Source: Spizellomyces punctatus DAOM BR117 (taxonomy: Eukaryota). From it: DNA of 64,000 nt. Of this stretch, positions 26,779 to 38,367 are shown in pieces; position 1 is the stretch's first letter, and each line of letters opens with the position of its first letter. The DNA lies in the NCBI GenBank assembly GCA_000182565.2, contig KQ257450.1. One strand, 5' to 3'. The notes beneath the pieces are model-generated. The model was not told the origin of the DNA and ran no database searches. It saw only the letters and a program-made list of their open reading frames with translations. The position numbers and the translations under genes were made by a program.

Positions 26779-28956
26779 ATGGCCGATGCGTTAGGAAATG
26801 GCGAAAAGGGACAATACCGTGCCATTGCCAGTTACGATCCCGTCTACACCGGTAGGGATACAGGCTCTCTGTAAACTTTTCTGATTACTGAGTAGCTGAC
26901 CTCGTTTTGTATACAGACGAAATTCAGCTGACAGTAGGCGACCGTGTGGCGGTGGTGCAGTCTTATGATGACGGTTAGGTGCTTGGGGCGAGAATGTTCC
27001 ATAATCGAGCGGAGCTTCATACTCACTCCGCTTTTTTGTATTTCAGGATGGATATTGGCGTACAATCAAACAACTAATGCCCGCGGTCTAGTACCCTTCA
27101 ATTTTCTCTCACCCGTTAAAGATACCCCTGCACCGCGAACGAAGCCCTCCATTGAAATACCGCCGCCGGTTCCAAGCAAAGATAGCCAAGAGGTGCCATC
27201 GCCTGCTACCTTGCAGAGGATATCGTCTTTGAGTCGAGAATCCAAAAAGGAGACCCCTATTCTTAGTGTTACTAATAGTGCATCGCCGCCGGACATTATC
27301 CTGGATACCGAGGCCACAGGCGGCAAGGTGCACGTGCCTCTGGATGAGCCGCGACCGTCTCAAGCCTCTCAGAAAACCTTGTACAATGGGCAAAATGGAG
27401 CACTACCAACTTCAGAGGCGGCCCCTATGGGATTGGTTGCATCTAATGTGTTCCCATCCCCAGTATCTTCCAAGCGAAGTGAAAAGGCAGTTTCCGAGGC
27501 GGATTCAGTAGCTGAGTCTGTCAAATCCGGAGTAGATACAAAGGAAGCGGACCTTGAAAGATCTTTGTCGGTCAATTCCATGGTGAATGCCGTAATGGCA
27601 GTTGCAGATCGCTCAGAAGGACAAGCTACACGACAGCAAATAGAGGATCAAGCAACACAGCCAAAACAAAAATTACAGCACCTGAATGCAAGCAAGAACG
27701 CGCGGGCGCGAAATCCGAGTGCTGTTGGGGTCTTGAAAATTGCGGTTGTAGGAGATTCCGGAATTGGAAAGGTATTTACACGTGCCGATGGAACTTTCTG
27801 AGTGTCACGCTAACAACCAGCACTTTTGATTTGCTCACAGACTTCCCTAATCCAAAATTTCCTGTCCGGACCTGAAGTAACTGCATCTCAACGAATTCCC
27901 ACTACCGAGGGAAGCCATACTGACATCATACTGGCTAGTACGTCTACACATCCCACCCGGACAGAGGGCAACTACAACTTGACGTTTGTCGACACGCCCG
28001 GTTTTGGAGCACAGATGGACGCAATGGCAACTATCAAACCAGTAGTAGAGTACCATTTGGAACAGTTTAAAGTGACGGATCAGATTTTTGTTCGTGACAT
28101 TGAAGAACTGAATCTCTATCGCTTCCTCATCGCTCCAACGGGAGCTCATACTCACGTGGATGTTGTGCTGTTTGGCATTTTACACCGTTTGAAACCCGTG
28201 GACATAGAATACATGAAGCGGCTGGTGCCGTATGTACCGATTGTTCCCGTTATTTTCAAATGCGACACGTTGACTTCAACGGAGCTCTATCGATTGAAGA
28301 TGCATATTCTCCAGGAAGTCAAACGTGCTGGGATTGATATATACGGATTCGGAATGAGTGTTGACGAGTTGATCAACCTTGCGCGAGCTGGGGTGGATGG
28401 AGCCGTGCCATTTGCCGTCAGTACTCCGATCACGGAACGAGTTGATGGATTCGGTGGGGATGCGCAACCAATAACAACCGGGGAGCGACTGAATGAGTTC
28501 AAGCTACTTAAATCCCGCATTTTAAGTACACATGTAGACGAGATCCGAACGTTGACAGCAAGAAAGTTTGTCAAATGGCGCGAGGGTGTCAATGCCTACG
28601 AACGACAACGGCAGCTGGAAGCGGAGCGCGAAGCAGAAGAACGGGCCCGAGCACGTGCTGCAACCGCACAAGCTCAAGCCCAAGCGCATTTCAATCAGCA
28701 GCAGTACTTGTACCAGCAAGCTGTTCCTGTCACTTCACATCACCACAAGCCCTCAACAGGTGGTAAAATTCTCAACAGCCTGTTTGGGCGAAAGTCATCA
28801 TCTGCGAGCACATTGTCCGTCTCCCCACCTGGATCGCTTTCCCGCATGCGTAGATCGAGTGAAGAGACCGCGACATCGGAAAGGAGTGGATTCTTTGATC
28901 GCGGGGGTGGAGGGACAAAACGCATGGGAGGGGCATTTACTGGCAAGAGGGAGTAA
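26779..28956 (+). CDS. SH3 domain-septin GTPase fusion protein (introns 26852-26916, 26974-27046, 27772-27840)
   Basis: SH3: YRAIASYDPVYTDEIQLTVGDRVAVVQSYDDGWILAYN..GLVPFNFL. Septin: G1 GDSGIGKT, G3 DTPGFG, D..M..L, VPVIFKCD (G4 variant), PFAV and a C-terminal coiled coil. Confidence 0.85.
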
Positions 28957-29420
28957 AGTGAGCTGCGATGCACCCTTGCAGTTGGGGCACCAGAAGTTGC
29001 AGATCTTTTGTTTTGGCGAACTACAAAGAGAATACCGCCAGTCTAAATTTGGGGGGTGAGCATGATTTTTTTTTACACAAAGACGTTTTTCATTTTCCAT
29101 AGAGGCATATAGATGGGCTTGCCGATTTTGGACACGTATAATCTGTTGCAATTCAATTGTCATACTTTTTTTTGTTCATCATAACTATTACAAGACCTGT
29201 ATTGTTATCCAGCCATCAGTGGGTTTTTAAACTGCTGTTGCCCACCTTTGGCTTACGCAGGATCGGAGAATGCATGACTGTGCCACCCGGCTGAAGGCAC
29301 AGGTTGCATGGAGGAACCAATGTTGGATGGTTTTAAAGACGAGGACGAGGACAGCATGAGGATGAGGATGAACAACCACCACGGCGGATAACAGCACCCA
29401 AGCGTCAACGTCTAGGAAAC

Positions 29421-30572
29421 ATGGACCATGAGCGACTTATACGGGACGGCGCCCTTGAAAGCCCTGTGGATCGGAGCTTGTGTTCACAGTCTGGTTTGCC
29501 CTCAGTTGACTCCCCTTCACAGGTGATATTTGACTCGAAGACCCTGCCCACAAGAATGCGTGCCGGCACATCACTGCCACTACCCCTTCATGTAGTCACC
29601 CCACTGGTTCCCTCTGTGACACTGGCCAAACAGCTCGGCGTCAAGGCGGTCTACTTTAAGCTAGATGCGCTTCAGCCAAGCGGGAGTTTCAAGATCCGAG
29701 GGATTGGCCAAACTATCGCCAAATACTACCAGGCGCACCCCAACCTCAAGATTATTGTGTCATCTTCTGGCGGTAACGCGGGAATGGCCGCCACGGTAGC
29801 GGGTGTGGCTTACAATTTACAAGTTCGTGTCTACGTTCCAAACAGCACCCCAGTCATGATGATCGAGCGACTACAGGCAGCTGGGGCCGATGTCATTGTG
29901 CATGGAAGTGTATGGGATGAGGCGCATGCAGAGGCGATGAGATTCGTGGCATGTCAAGAGGCAGGTAGTGCGTTGTTGGTGCATCCTTTTGAGGGAGACG
30001 ATCTAGTAGACGGACATTCGACCCTTGTGGCGGAGATTGCTGTGCAGTTACCGCCAGGCATTGTTCCCGATGTAGTGGTTTGTGCGGTAGGTGGGGGTGG
30101 TCTGTTAAGTGGGATTTTGAAGGGGCTGAAGAGCATATATCATGGGAAATGCAGGTTGCCAGTGGTGGTTGGAGCTGAAACTGAGGGCGCAAGGTCATTT
30201 GCGTTGGCGGTTGCGATGGGGTACCCACTTCGCCTCCCTGGTGGAATCACGTCCATTGCCAAATCCCTCGGTGCTCTTCAGGTTTCTGATCGTGTGATGG
30301 AATTGCGAGACACATATGGAGCACCAAGTGTCCGATCACTTGTGGTAACAGACGCACAGGCCGTATGTGGATTAGTGAATTTTGCAGATGAGTTTAGAAT
30401 TTTAGTAGAGCCCTCCTGCGGCGCCGGTTTGGCAGCCTGTTATTCGCCAGAAACATTGAAAAGCGTTGTACCAGAATTGAATTCTGAGAGTGTCGTGGTA
30501 GTTGTAGTGTGCGGGGGATCAATGGTGACAACAGCACTGATAGCAGAGTGGAGGGAGACTTTTGACGTGTGA
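29421..30572 (+). CDS. L-serine/L-threonine dehydratase (PLP fold type II), intronless
   Basis: KLDALQPSGSFKIRG (PLP lysine), SSGGNAG, HPFE, VGGGGLL, VEPSCG, VCGG. Confidence 0.92.
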   Translation: MDHERLIRDGALESPVDRSLCSQSGLPSVDSPSQVIFDSKTLPTRMRAGTSLPLPLHVVTPLVPSVTLAKQLGVKAVYFKLDALQPSGSFKIRGIGQTIAKYYQAHPNLKIIVSSSGGNAGMAATVAGVAYNLQVRVYVPNSTPVMMIERLQAAGADVIVHGSVWDEAHAEAMRFVACQEAGSALLVHPFEGDDLVDGHSTLVAEIAVQLPPGIVPDVVVCAVGGGGLLSGILKGLKSIYHGKCRLPVVVGAETEGARSFALAVAMGYPLRLPGGITSIAKSLGALQVSDRVMELRDTYGAPSVRSLVVTDAQAVCGLVNFADEFRILVEPSCGAGLAACYSPETLKSVVPELNSESVVVVVVCGGSMVTTALIAEWRETFDV

Positions 30573-30716
30573 CGACTCTGGGTTGGCTAACTTTGGTGAG
30601 TATATTGTAAACATAGAGAAAAAGCCCAGTACCGCTATGAACAGCATGACATAGCGTGAAAATTGTGAATAGTTAGAAAGAAAAATAATGTACATTCTAA
30701 ATGCAAAAATGGTATC

Positions 30717-33149
30717 TTATAGCCCACGTCTGGGTCGGGAAATGTCTTTGTCCAAGATGATCTGGCGGACGTGATCCCATTCCTCTTTTTTCAAGAGTTT
30801 ACGCTGAAGCTCGCTCACAGGTACACTCAAAATCCCTTCATGGTCGGGGCTCATCAGTGTTTTTAGGGTATCTTCATCCAAAATGCCAACAAGGTCCAAC
30901 CGAGGTATACACAAACAGTCGCATGGTTGCATTGCGATTGCAGAAAGATCCAGTCCTGCCGCAGCCGACCCCGCCTTGGAGATGACAGGCTGGTTCTGGT
31001 TTTGTAACGCTTCTACCACCGAAATCCTCCTCTCCGATGTGGAGACAAGGAGTTGTAGTTTGGCGGCGGAGATGTTATGCATGCGGTAGGTTACAGCTTC
31101 GGAGCGATCAAGATGGAGACGGGGAAAGTAATCACCAGGGTAAAAGTTGCCGATGGAAACAACTGCTGGACTTTGCATCGTGTGAACGCTTGGCGGGCCA
31201 GGTGTGTCATCTTCTTCTTGCGAAACTTGACGTGCAGCGGTTTCCGGATCTTTGGAAACGATGTTCCCGTCCATCATGTCAACGATTCGAACAGCTTTAC
31301 ATTGTCCTCTCATCAAGAAAACTATCAAATCTCTTTCGTAAGGCGCTACGACGGTAGTATCTACCTCGAATCGAACTGCCTTTGCAGCCTTGGCCAGTTG
31401 CACAATGACTTCCTTGCTGGTTCGCCGGAAGACAGGAAGTGATGATAAGAAGGATATTCTGTTGTGCAGCGCGCTTGGGTCCACATCCTGAGACGCGAGA
31501 TGGGCCAGATAGTCCTCCCTCTCTATTCGTATAAACTCACAAGGTGTCAAGGTGGTGACTGTTTCGCTCCGAAGGTCTGTGGACTGTGAGAGTGCATATT
31601 CGCCGAATGCAGCTCCGGGATTCAAATAACGTTGGATGTGTCCTCTAGGGCGGTCAGAAAGGAGGTTGTTTGCGATGGAGCTCCGCCTCTCAGGGACGCT
31701 CTCCCAATCAGAAATCTTGTTGCTTAAGCACGTCCCGCTCAATATGTAAAAGTAGTTCCAAGCATGATGCCCAGCTTTCACAACCACTCGGCCCTCGCCC
31801 ACTCTTTCGAATCTTGCGATGTGAGCCATTTCACGACGTACTCGTTTGCTATGTTTGGCAAATGTCATTGGAAGACAGCGGCAGAGCATTGTGTCAAGTC
31901 TACTTTCTTGCTTAGCGGTCCGTTCTGCGGCGGCTATTTGAATTAAACTGGCAATCTTTGAAGTTATGGCGGCTGTGTCTCGGAGATTTAGGGACGTCAG
32001 ATGGGAGTGGAGAGAGGGAAGAGCGGAATTTGCGTTGGCTGTCGCGGTTGTAAATTGGAATAGGGCCGCCATAGCCGACGTTGGTTCATTTTGGCTTTCA
32101 TCATTGTCTTGATCCTTTCCCCTATTTTTGGATGCCCGGAAAATAAGAGTCGCGCGAAGGATCTTGCGAACTGTGCCAATGGCGTAAGTCCAATTCTGCC
32201 TTGCACGCAGAGATTCGATTCGCCCACTCCGCGCTCGCGGAAGAGTTGTGGCACTGTTGTTGACGCTGATCGAGGGACTTGTAGCCAAAGATCCCGACAC
32301 ATCCGCTTCTCGCAATGTCACTGCGGAACTACTAGCCCAGTCGTCATCATGGGATGTCGATTCTTGTGTACTGCTTCCTTTCATTTTGTGCAAAATTCGT
32401 TCAAATTGCTTATCGTACTTTCCAGCTAGGATTCCATCTACGTCAAGGCGTGCGACATCCGCCCGGAGCTTTTTAACACTCAGCTCGGACGCAGCATCGA
32501 ATGCCGCATGCTTGGCTCCAATAAGGTGTTGCTGCAATGCCGCTCGTCTATCACCGCCATGGCCAATTGTTGCACGACGCTTAACTTTTGGCAGATGTCC
32601 TGTCAATGGAGGCTGTATATTCTTATCCGTCAGAGTGGGAGATGTCACGGATTCAACGCTCGTCACAGGCGGTGTGAAGTAATTTCGAGTCAAGCTTTCA
32701 TTGTCGTAAAACTGGCCTTCGCCTAATACATTTACTATATCTCCAAACATCCCAGCCTCCCTTGCGATCATGGCCTTTGTACTTGGTAAAGCAGAGGATG
32801 CGCGCCGTCTACGAAGGGATGCATCGAAAGGTGGGTCCACCTCTGCAGGTGAGGGACCCTGACTTTGGCAAAAGCCAGTGGTATCTAAGCTGCAAGTTAT
32901 GCTGCGACGATGAGCTTGACGCCGGGAGTCTGGTACTTGCAGGAGCGAAGAATTTGTATTGGACAGCTTTGGGGCATTTTTTGGCCTGTCAGATGCTGTC
33001 GCAGGAAGGAGCTGCTGCAAGCTTTTTGGTTTAATGGAAGAGGAACGTCGCCGCTCGGAGGCTACGTGATCAAAGTGGTCTGCCGGCGATGAGACGACGA
33101 TGGGTGGATGACGAGAAAATGCTTTCTGTGGAAGGACTGCAGGAAGCAT
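30717..33149 (-). CDS. Tandem cyclic-nucleotide-binding domain protein, intronless
   Basis: CNB-A: VVKAGH..YFYILSG..GAAFGEYAL..RSETV..C. CNB-B: FLSSLPVF..FLMRGQC..GDYF. Disordered N-terminus with several RRxS motifs. Confidence 0.8.
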   Translation of the reverse strand: MLPAVLPQKAFSRHPPIVVSSPADHFDHVASERRRSSSIKPKSLQQLLPATASDRPKNAPKLSNTNSSLLQVPDSRRQAHRRSITCSLDTTGFCQSQGPSPAEVDPPFDASLRRRRASSALPSTKAMIAREAGMFGDIVNVLGEGQFYDNESLTRNYFTPPVTSVESVTSPTLTDKNIQPPLTGHLPKVKRRATIGHGGDRRAALQQHLIGAKHAAFDAASELSVKKLRADVARLDVDGILAGKYDKQFERILHKMKGSSTQESTSHDDDWASSSAVTLREADVSGSLATSPSISVNNSATTLPRARSGRIESLRARQNWTYAIGTVRKILRATLIFRASKNRGKDQDNDESQNEPTSAMAALFQFTTATANANSALPSLHSHLTSLNLRDTAAITSKIASLIQIAAAERTAKQESRLDTMLCRCLPMTFAKHSKRVRREMAHIARFERVGEGRVVVKAGHHAWNYFYILSGTCLSNKISDWESVPERRSSIANNLLSDRPRGHIQRYLNPGAAFGEYALSQSTDLRSETVTTLTPCEFIRIEREDYLAHLASQDVDPSALHNRISFLSSLPVFRRTSKEVIVQLAKAAKAVRFEVDTTVVAPYERDLIVFLMRGQCKAVRIVDMMDGNIVSKDPETAARQVSQEEDDTPGPPSVHTMQSPAVVSIGNFYPGDYFPRLHLDRSEAVTYRMHNISAAKLQLLVSTSERRISVVEALQNQNQPVISKAGSAAAGLDLSAIAMQPCDCLCIPRLDLVGILDEDTLKTLMSPDHEGILSVPVSELQRKLLKKEEWDHVRQIILDKDISRPRRGL

Positions 33150-33706
33150 AACTCATATGCGAATGGAAAGTCAAATGGAAGGTCAGGAAATCGCCAAGAT
33201 CCACAGGCTTTGAATACCAAGGACCACTTGGAGGATCTTCGAACCCGAATGCATCTCCATGGGGCGGCCCTGACGTAGTCATCCCTGAGATTTTCCCGCG
33301 AACCTCGGGAGAAAAGCGCCTTTCATTTGCTATAAATTGTCCCCATCCATAACATATCCTCAGATCTCCGATGCTGAGTCAGCATACCCTTGGGGTATCC
33401 AAAAACAAAATGAACTAGACCCTGTTGCACGTCTCTGCATTGGACCCACGGCCAATGTGCAAATGCAAACAAACAAGCTCAAAAGGAAGCGTCACCGCAG
33501 GAGTCAAACACGGATAACTCTGAAAAAAGAGCGACGAGAGCAACGAAACCCAAAAGTCGCTGTCTGGTCAAGAGTGGCACAACGAGTATAGCCGAACGCG
33601 TTTTTGAATTTCAGACGGGCTTTGTCTTCCAGCGTTCGTCGTCCTCGCAAGTAGCAAAATAAACTGTGTCGAGTACCCAGGACGACATAACGCAAACATC
33701 CCGATC

Positions 33707-36209
33707 ATGCCCATGAAACATACTACAGAAGACCTGGCAGCCGCAAGGGCCACCAGCACATTTGATGTATCTAAAATGACGGACATCGTTCATGGACCCC
33801 GCAGAGCCAAAACGTTGCGCTTTCTAACAGACCTTGCCAAGAATGATCACATATTGCGCAAGGACGATCGGCCATATCTTGGTAGAACGGAGGTTAGGCT
33901 CTCTGGTGTGGCTAGTAATGCTGCCTATCATAGTCAATAATCTTTTGTTTTGGGACATTTTTCAGCGATTTTATCGATCTATGCAAATTCAGAAGCGATA
34001 CATTGAACTTCGCAATCAATATGGTATTATTCTCGCTTTCCTTTTTGACAGCTTAATCCCAAGGCCAACATGTTTCATTTAGGCTTTGATGTTGAGGAAC
34101 TCATGTATTTTCGGTGGATTTATGACGAATACGCCTTTACGGATCTCCACGAGCTCATGTTTCTTCCGACGCTGCGCGCCCAGGCATCCGCCGAGCAATT
34201 AGCAAAATGGATGCCGGAAGCCGAAAACTTCAAATGGATCGGGTGCTATGCCCAAACGGAATTGGGACATGGGAGCAATGTGAAAGAATTGGAAACTCGG
34301 GCCGTGCTAGATTTGCAGACTGATGAGTGGGTTTTGGACACGCCAACCATTACGGTATAGTACATGTAGTGGTTGAAGGGAAATGCAAAGCCCATCATTA
34401 CAGAATCTTGGGGTAACACATGCTCTTTCACAATGCAGTCTTCGAAATTCTGGATAGGGGCTTTAGGACGAATGGCTACGCATGCAATCCTCATGGCTCA
34501 ACTGGTCATCAAGGGACAATCGTTTGGTAGGTCGATGGTGGTGACTTCTCTTTGCAGGTATCACCCATTTTGACGCCTTGTTTTAACAACCAGGTATCCA
34601 CCCCTTTCTTCTCCCTCTTCGTTCTCTGAAGGATCATACAGTTCTCCCGGGAATTACCATTATGGATATTGGTCCAAAAATTGGTGCAAACTCACAGGAC
34701 AATGGTTTCATGCAACTTAAAGGCGTTCGCATTCCAAGAGAAAATATGCTTATGCGGTATTCGAGGGTCACTCGTGAGGGTGCCTACATCAAGCCGCCGC
34801 ATGATCGTCTCTCTTATGGCACTATGACCTACGTGCGTGTTACACTGGTAGATCAATCCTTCTTTTACCTGTCAAGGGCTGTGACGATCGCTACCCGGTA
34901 CACAGCCGTCCGTCGCCAGAACCGCGATCAGAGTATCAGTGGCATGGATGGAGGAGAGGTTACTGTCATGGATTATGGAATGGTCCAGGTACAAATGTGT
35001 TGCAGCCTGTCACAGTTATGCATGCTGTTTATTGATTGTCTTTACGACATCTTCTAGCATCGTCTCTTCCCTCTCATTGTTTTATCCTACGCTTTTGCAT
35101 TCACAAGAGACAGAATGACTGCCATGTACCATCAAATGATTAAGCAAATTAATGACGGAGACATGAGTATGCTTGCCCAAGTCCATGCAGAATCATCCGG
35201 ACTGAAAAGTTATTGCACACTTGTGGCTGCGGAAGGAATCGAAGAGGCCCGTCGAGTATGCGGAGGGCATGGGTATGCAAGTTTTTCATGTTGCCCGGAA
35301 AGCGGTGCTAAGAGTCAAGTGACCATAACTTGTATCATTAGGTACTCCCAGGCATCTGGAATTCCCGGCTTCTACGGCACTTTCCTTGCCAGCAACACTT
35401 ACGAGGGCGAGAACTACCTATTAACGCAGCAAACAACAAAATATCTTATCCGACAGCTTCGATCCTTCCAATCCAAAAAGACTGGTGATCTCTCCCCGGA
35501 TACTGCATACCTCCAGCGAGCCACTTCCGCCGACTTTGGAAGTGAGAAAATTCAGAGCACAAAGAAAGCAGACCTTGCATCTCGTTCCGTCCAAGCCCAC
35601 GCTCTCGAGCACCGCGCAGCACGTCTCGTCTTGGAGGTAGCCGACATGGATGCGGTATCTGGGCGACGATGGACCGATTTGAATGTGGCCATGGCCCGTG
35701 CCGCTAGGGCACACTCTCAACTGTTCGTGTGGCGAGCATTGGCTGAAAAGGTGGACAGTGTGAAAAGGAGCGGTCCGGAGGAACTCGTGAGCATTTTATC
35801 CGAAATGCGAGACATCTACTTTTTGTGGATTTTGACCGGAGCAGATGCTGGTGATTTCCTTGAGGACGGATATGCGCAAGGTGCTCAAGCGAGAGATCTC
35901 TTGGCGGAAAAATTGAAGAATATGCGCAAAAATGCGGTTGCTCTTGTCGACGCTTTCGACTGGGATGACTATGTGAGCGATTGGCAATTTCCTCAGATCT
36001 GGACCAAATGACCTTGCTGATAAATGTGTTCTTTTCAGGTACTCGACTCTGCATTGGGTAGGTATGACGGAAAAGTCTACGAGGCTCTCATTGAGTTCGC
36101 CAAGAAGGAGCCGCTCAATAAGCAGCCAGTGGTGTTTGGCTATCAGGAAATTGTACGACCGCTGCTTGATGGACAATGTGGAACATACAAACCAAAATCC
36201 CGACTGTAG
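33707..36209 (+). CDS. ACOX1: Peroxisomal acyl-CoA oxidase, multi-exon, PTS1 -SRL
   Basis: GCYAQTELGHGSNV, KFWIG, DIGPK..DNG, TIATRY..VRRQ, CGGHGYS, TYEGEN, LDSALGRYDGKVYE; C-terminal SRL. Confidence 0.94.
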
Positions 36210-36534
36210 ATAGAAGGTTAGATAGAACAGGGTAGCATATTATCGTAGCAAGTACCGTCTATTATCCGACATATTCAAGATCGCGGTTATTTTTTATCGT
36301 AACATGTTCATTCGCTGTGGCCCATCGAACTTGGTCAATCCTTGGCTCCTGGATCGTTATCTTCCATCGGGGAGGTCCCTGCACGAGAGAGTGTGGCGCA
36401 GATGCTGACTGATCGCTCCCCCCGCTTGCGGGAAGCTCATGCCCACGTACCTTTTCTCCCATACCCGGACAAGAGACTTTATTAAGCAGTTCACCTTGTG
36501 CAAATCCTACTTTCCAATATTCTTTGTCAACAAA

Positions 36535-37002
36535 ATGCCAAAAAGGAAACATGAAAACCCAGTCGTCAACTCAGAGTCAGATTCTCCGAGCACTTGGTCC
36601 TCTTTGGATGAAGTACTTGAAGAAAAGGCCAAAGCAGCATCTCCTTCTACTAAAAAGACCAAGCAAGCAAACTCCAGTGATAAGAGAACGGTGCGTTTTC
36701 TTTGTCTGTCGGATTGCTGTATTTTACTTACGTGCCATCATCAGTCGCGGTCTTTCAGCTTCGACGAAGACGAGTTCCTGTTGGATATCGTTCTAGATTT
36801 TCAGGAGAGAAATGGCATAGGCAGTAACGGTCTGTGGCCAGAAGTCAAAAGAAAGTACGACGCAAAGTTTGGTAAATCGTCGGAACAGCTTCGCTCGCGT
36901 TACCGAGTTCTGGCGAAACGTCCTCCCAAAGTAACGAATGGGGTTGAAAAGAACACAAAAGTTGAACATTTAAAGGAAGAAGCAGAAGAGGCGAATAACT
37001 GA
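36535..37002 (+). CDS. Small Myb/SANT-like DNA-binding protein (one intron near 36691-36744)
   Basis: FSFDEDEFLL..GLWPEV..KSSEQLRSRYRVL Myb-like helix-turn-helix pattern; N-terminal PKRK NLS-like motif. Confidence 0.6.
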   Translation: MPKRKHENPVVNSESDSPSTWSSLDEVLEEKAKAASPSTKKTKQANSSDKRTVRFLCLSDCCILLTCHHQSRSFSFDEDEFLLDIVLDFQERNGIGSNGLWPEVKRKYDAKFGKSSEQLRSRYRVLAKRPPKVTNGVEKNTKVEHLKEEAEEANN

Positions 37003-38367
37003 CGTGGACTAGGGTTATCGCCCTTTTGCGGGATGTTTTGAAAATTGTATGGATTGCTTGTAGCATCTATCGGTTTTGGTGTAGCTTTGTAGAAACGAGT
37101 GTGTCTTGCAGCTTATAGTTCGAAAGATGTAGCACTTTACTGCTGGAAATATACTGTATATCCTAGCTTTTTCATCTTTGAACTTGTCTGTAGTTGCCAA
37201 TTCCAAGCAGAGTGTAAAGTGCATGTTTTGTTTATACTCGTCCATCTTCCGTAATCTGTCCATATATGGTTATATGACCGTGTTCTAGAAGGCTGCGGCT
37301 GAGTTCGACGCTCACGGGAACAGAGGAGCAGGTCACCATCAAAAGTTGGTCCGCAGTCTGCTCTTCTTGCGGGAATTTTCTTGGCTCATTTACTTGACAT
37401 TTTCCACCGCCATTAGACGTTTGCGCTCTTCCGTTCCTTACCTCCCGTTCGCCGGTCGTCGTTCACATCCACCTGGGTGCCCGCCTCGCCTCTCACCACC
37501 ATCTACAACTATTGACAGGTTGTCGAACTATCAAAGTTGCCCAATTTAGTCCAGACCCTGGACCAACTTTAGGCTCTGTAAAGATTGTTTACGGTCCATC
37601 GTTTTAGTCACTCTCTTGACGAACGGCTATTCTCTTTCAACCTCAATTTGAAGACGGATCTGTTTCGTCATTTTTTGACATTTCCCTCTGCCAACCGACA
37701 CGAAACTGGCGAGCGTCAAAGAATTTTGGTTCGCAATTGTCTGGGAAAACAAACGTGAGTTATTGATTATTCTTGTGCGCAATGGTGAATTTCAGATGGC
37801 AGATGGTGTTCTGCACACATTATCTGGCATTGCATTTCTGTGGGACAACTCGGGCATGGTCAAGGCTGGGGTGTCCAGGCACAGGTCTCTGTGGTCCTAA
37901 AAGTACAATAGCCAGCAACCTGCTCATGTAAAGGCGTATTTTCTTTTCAATCCGAACTTTTTTGTGCTGAAGCATCGGCCCAACCCTAAAAGAGCCCTGG
38001 CGGGCTGTGTGGTTGACGATTACGGGATCCCCGCCTCCGAGCCACCTTCTTTTACGCGTTCCTTTTGTTTGTTGGGGGACTCGCTTCTACAAAAAGTCGT
38101 GTGGCCTGGCCCGCTTTATAAACGTCATCATTTCAATGGTTGGCTGTTGGCTGACAGTTATGTCTAACTCTCCTAGCAAATTCTCCGCCTTTCATCTCGA
38201 CTACGCGGTCCTAATCGAGAAAGCGCTTTCAAGTCCTCGCTCCGAGCAGTGCTGGCCAGGCTGACGAAGAGCTTGTATCACGCCGCTTAGCGAGTTCACC
38301 GAGGCGCGTATTCGCCGCTGGTTCCTCCTGTGCATATTCCAAACGCAACCCTCGTACCAGCGCCTCC

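Noticed and set aside
29421-30572. Intronless serine dehydratase as a possible bacterial transfer
   Set aside because: Motifs are of the eukaryotic SDS/CHA1 type, and other native genes here (PUS3, CNB protein) are also intronless.
37281-37322. tRNA-like T-arm hairpin
   Set aside because: No D-arm or anticodon arm, and too short for a tRNA gene.
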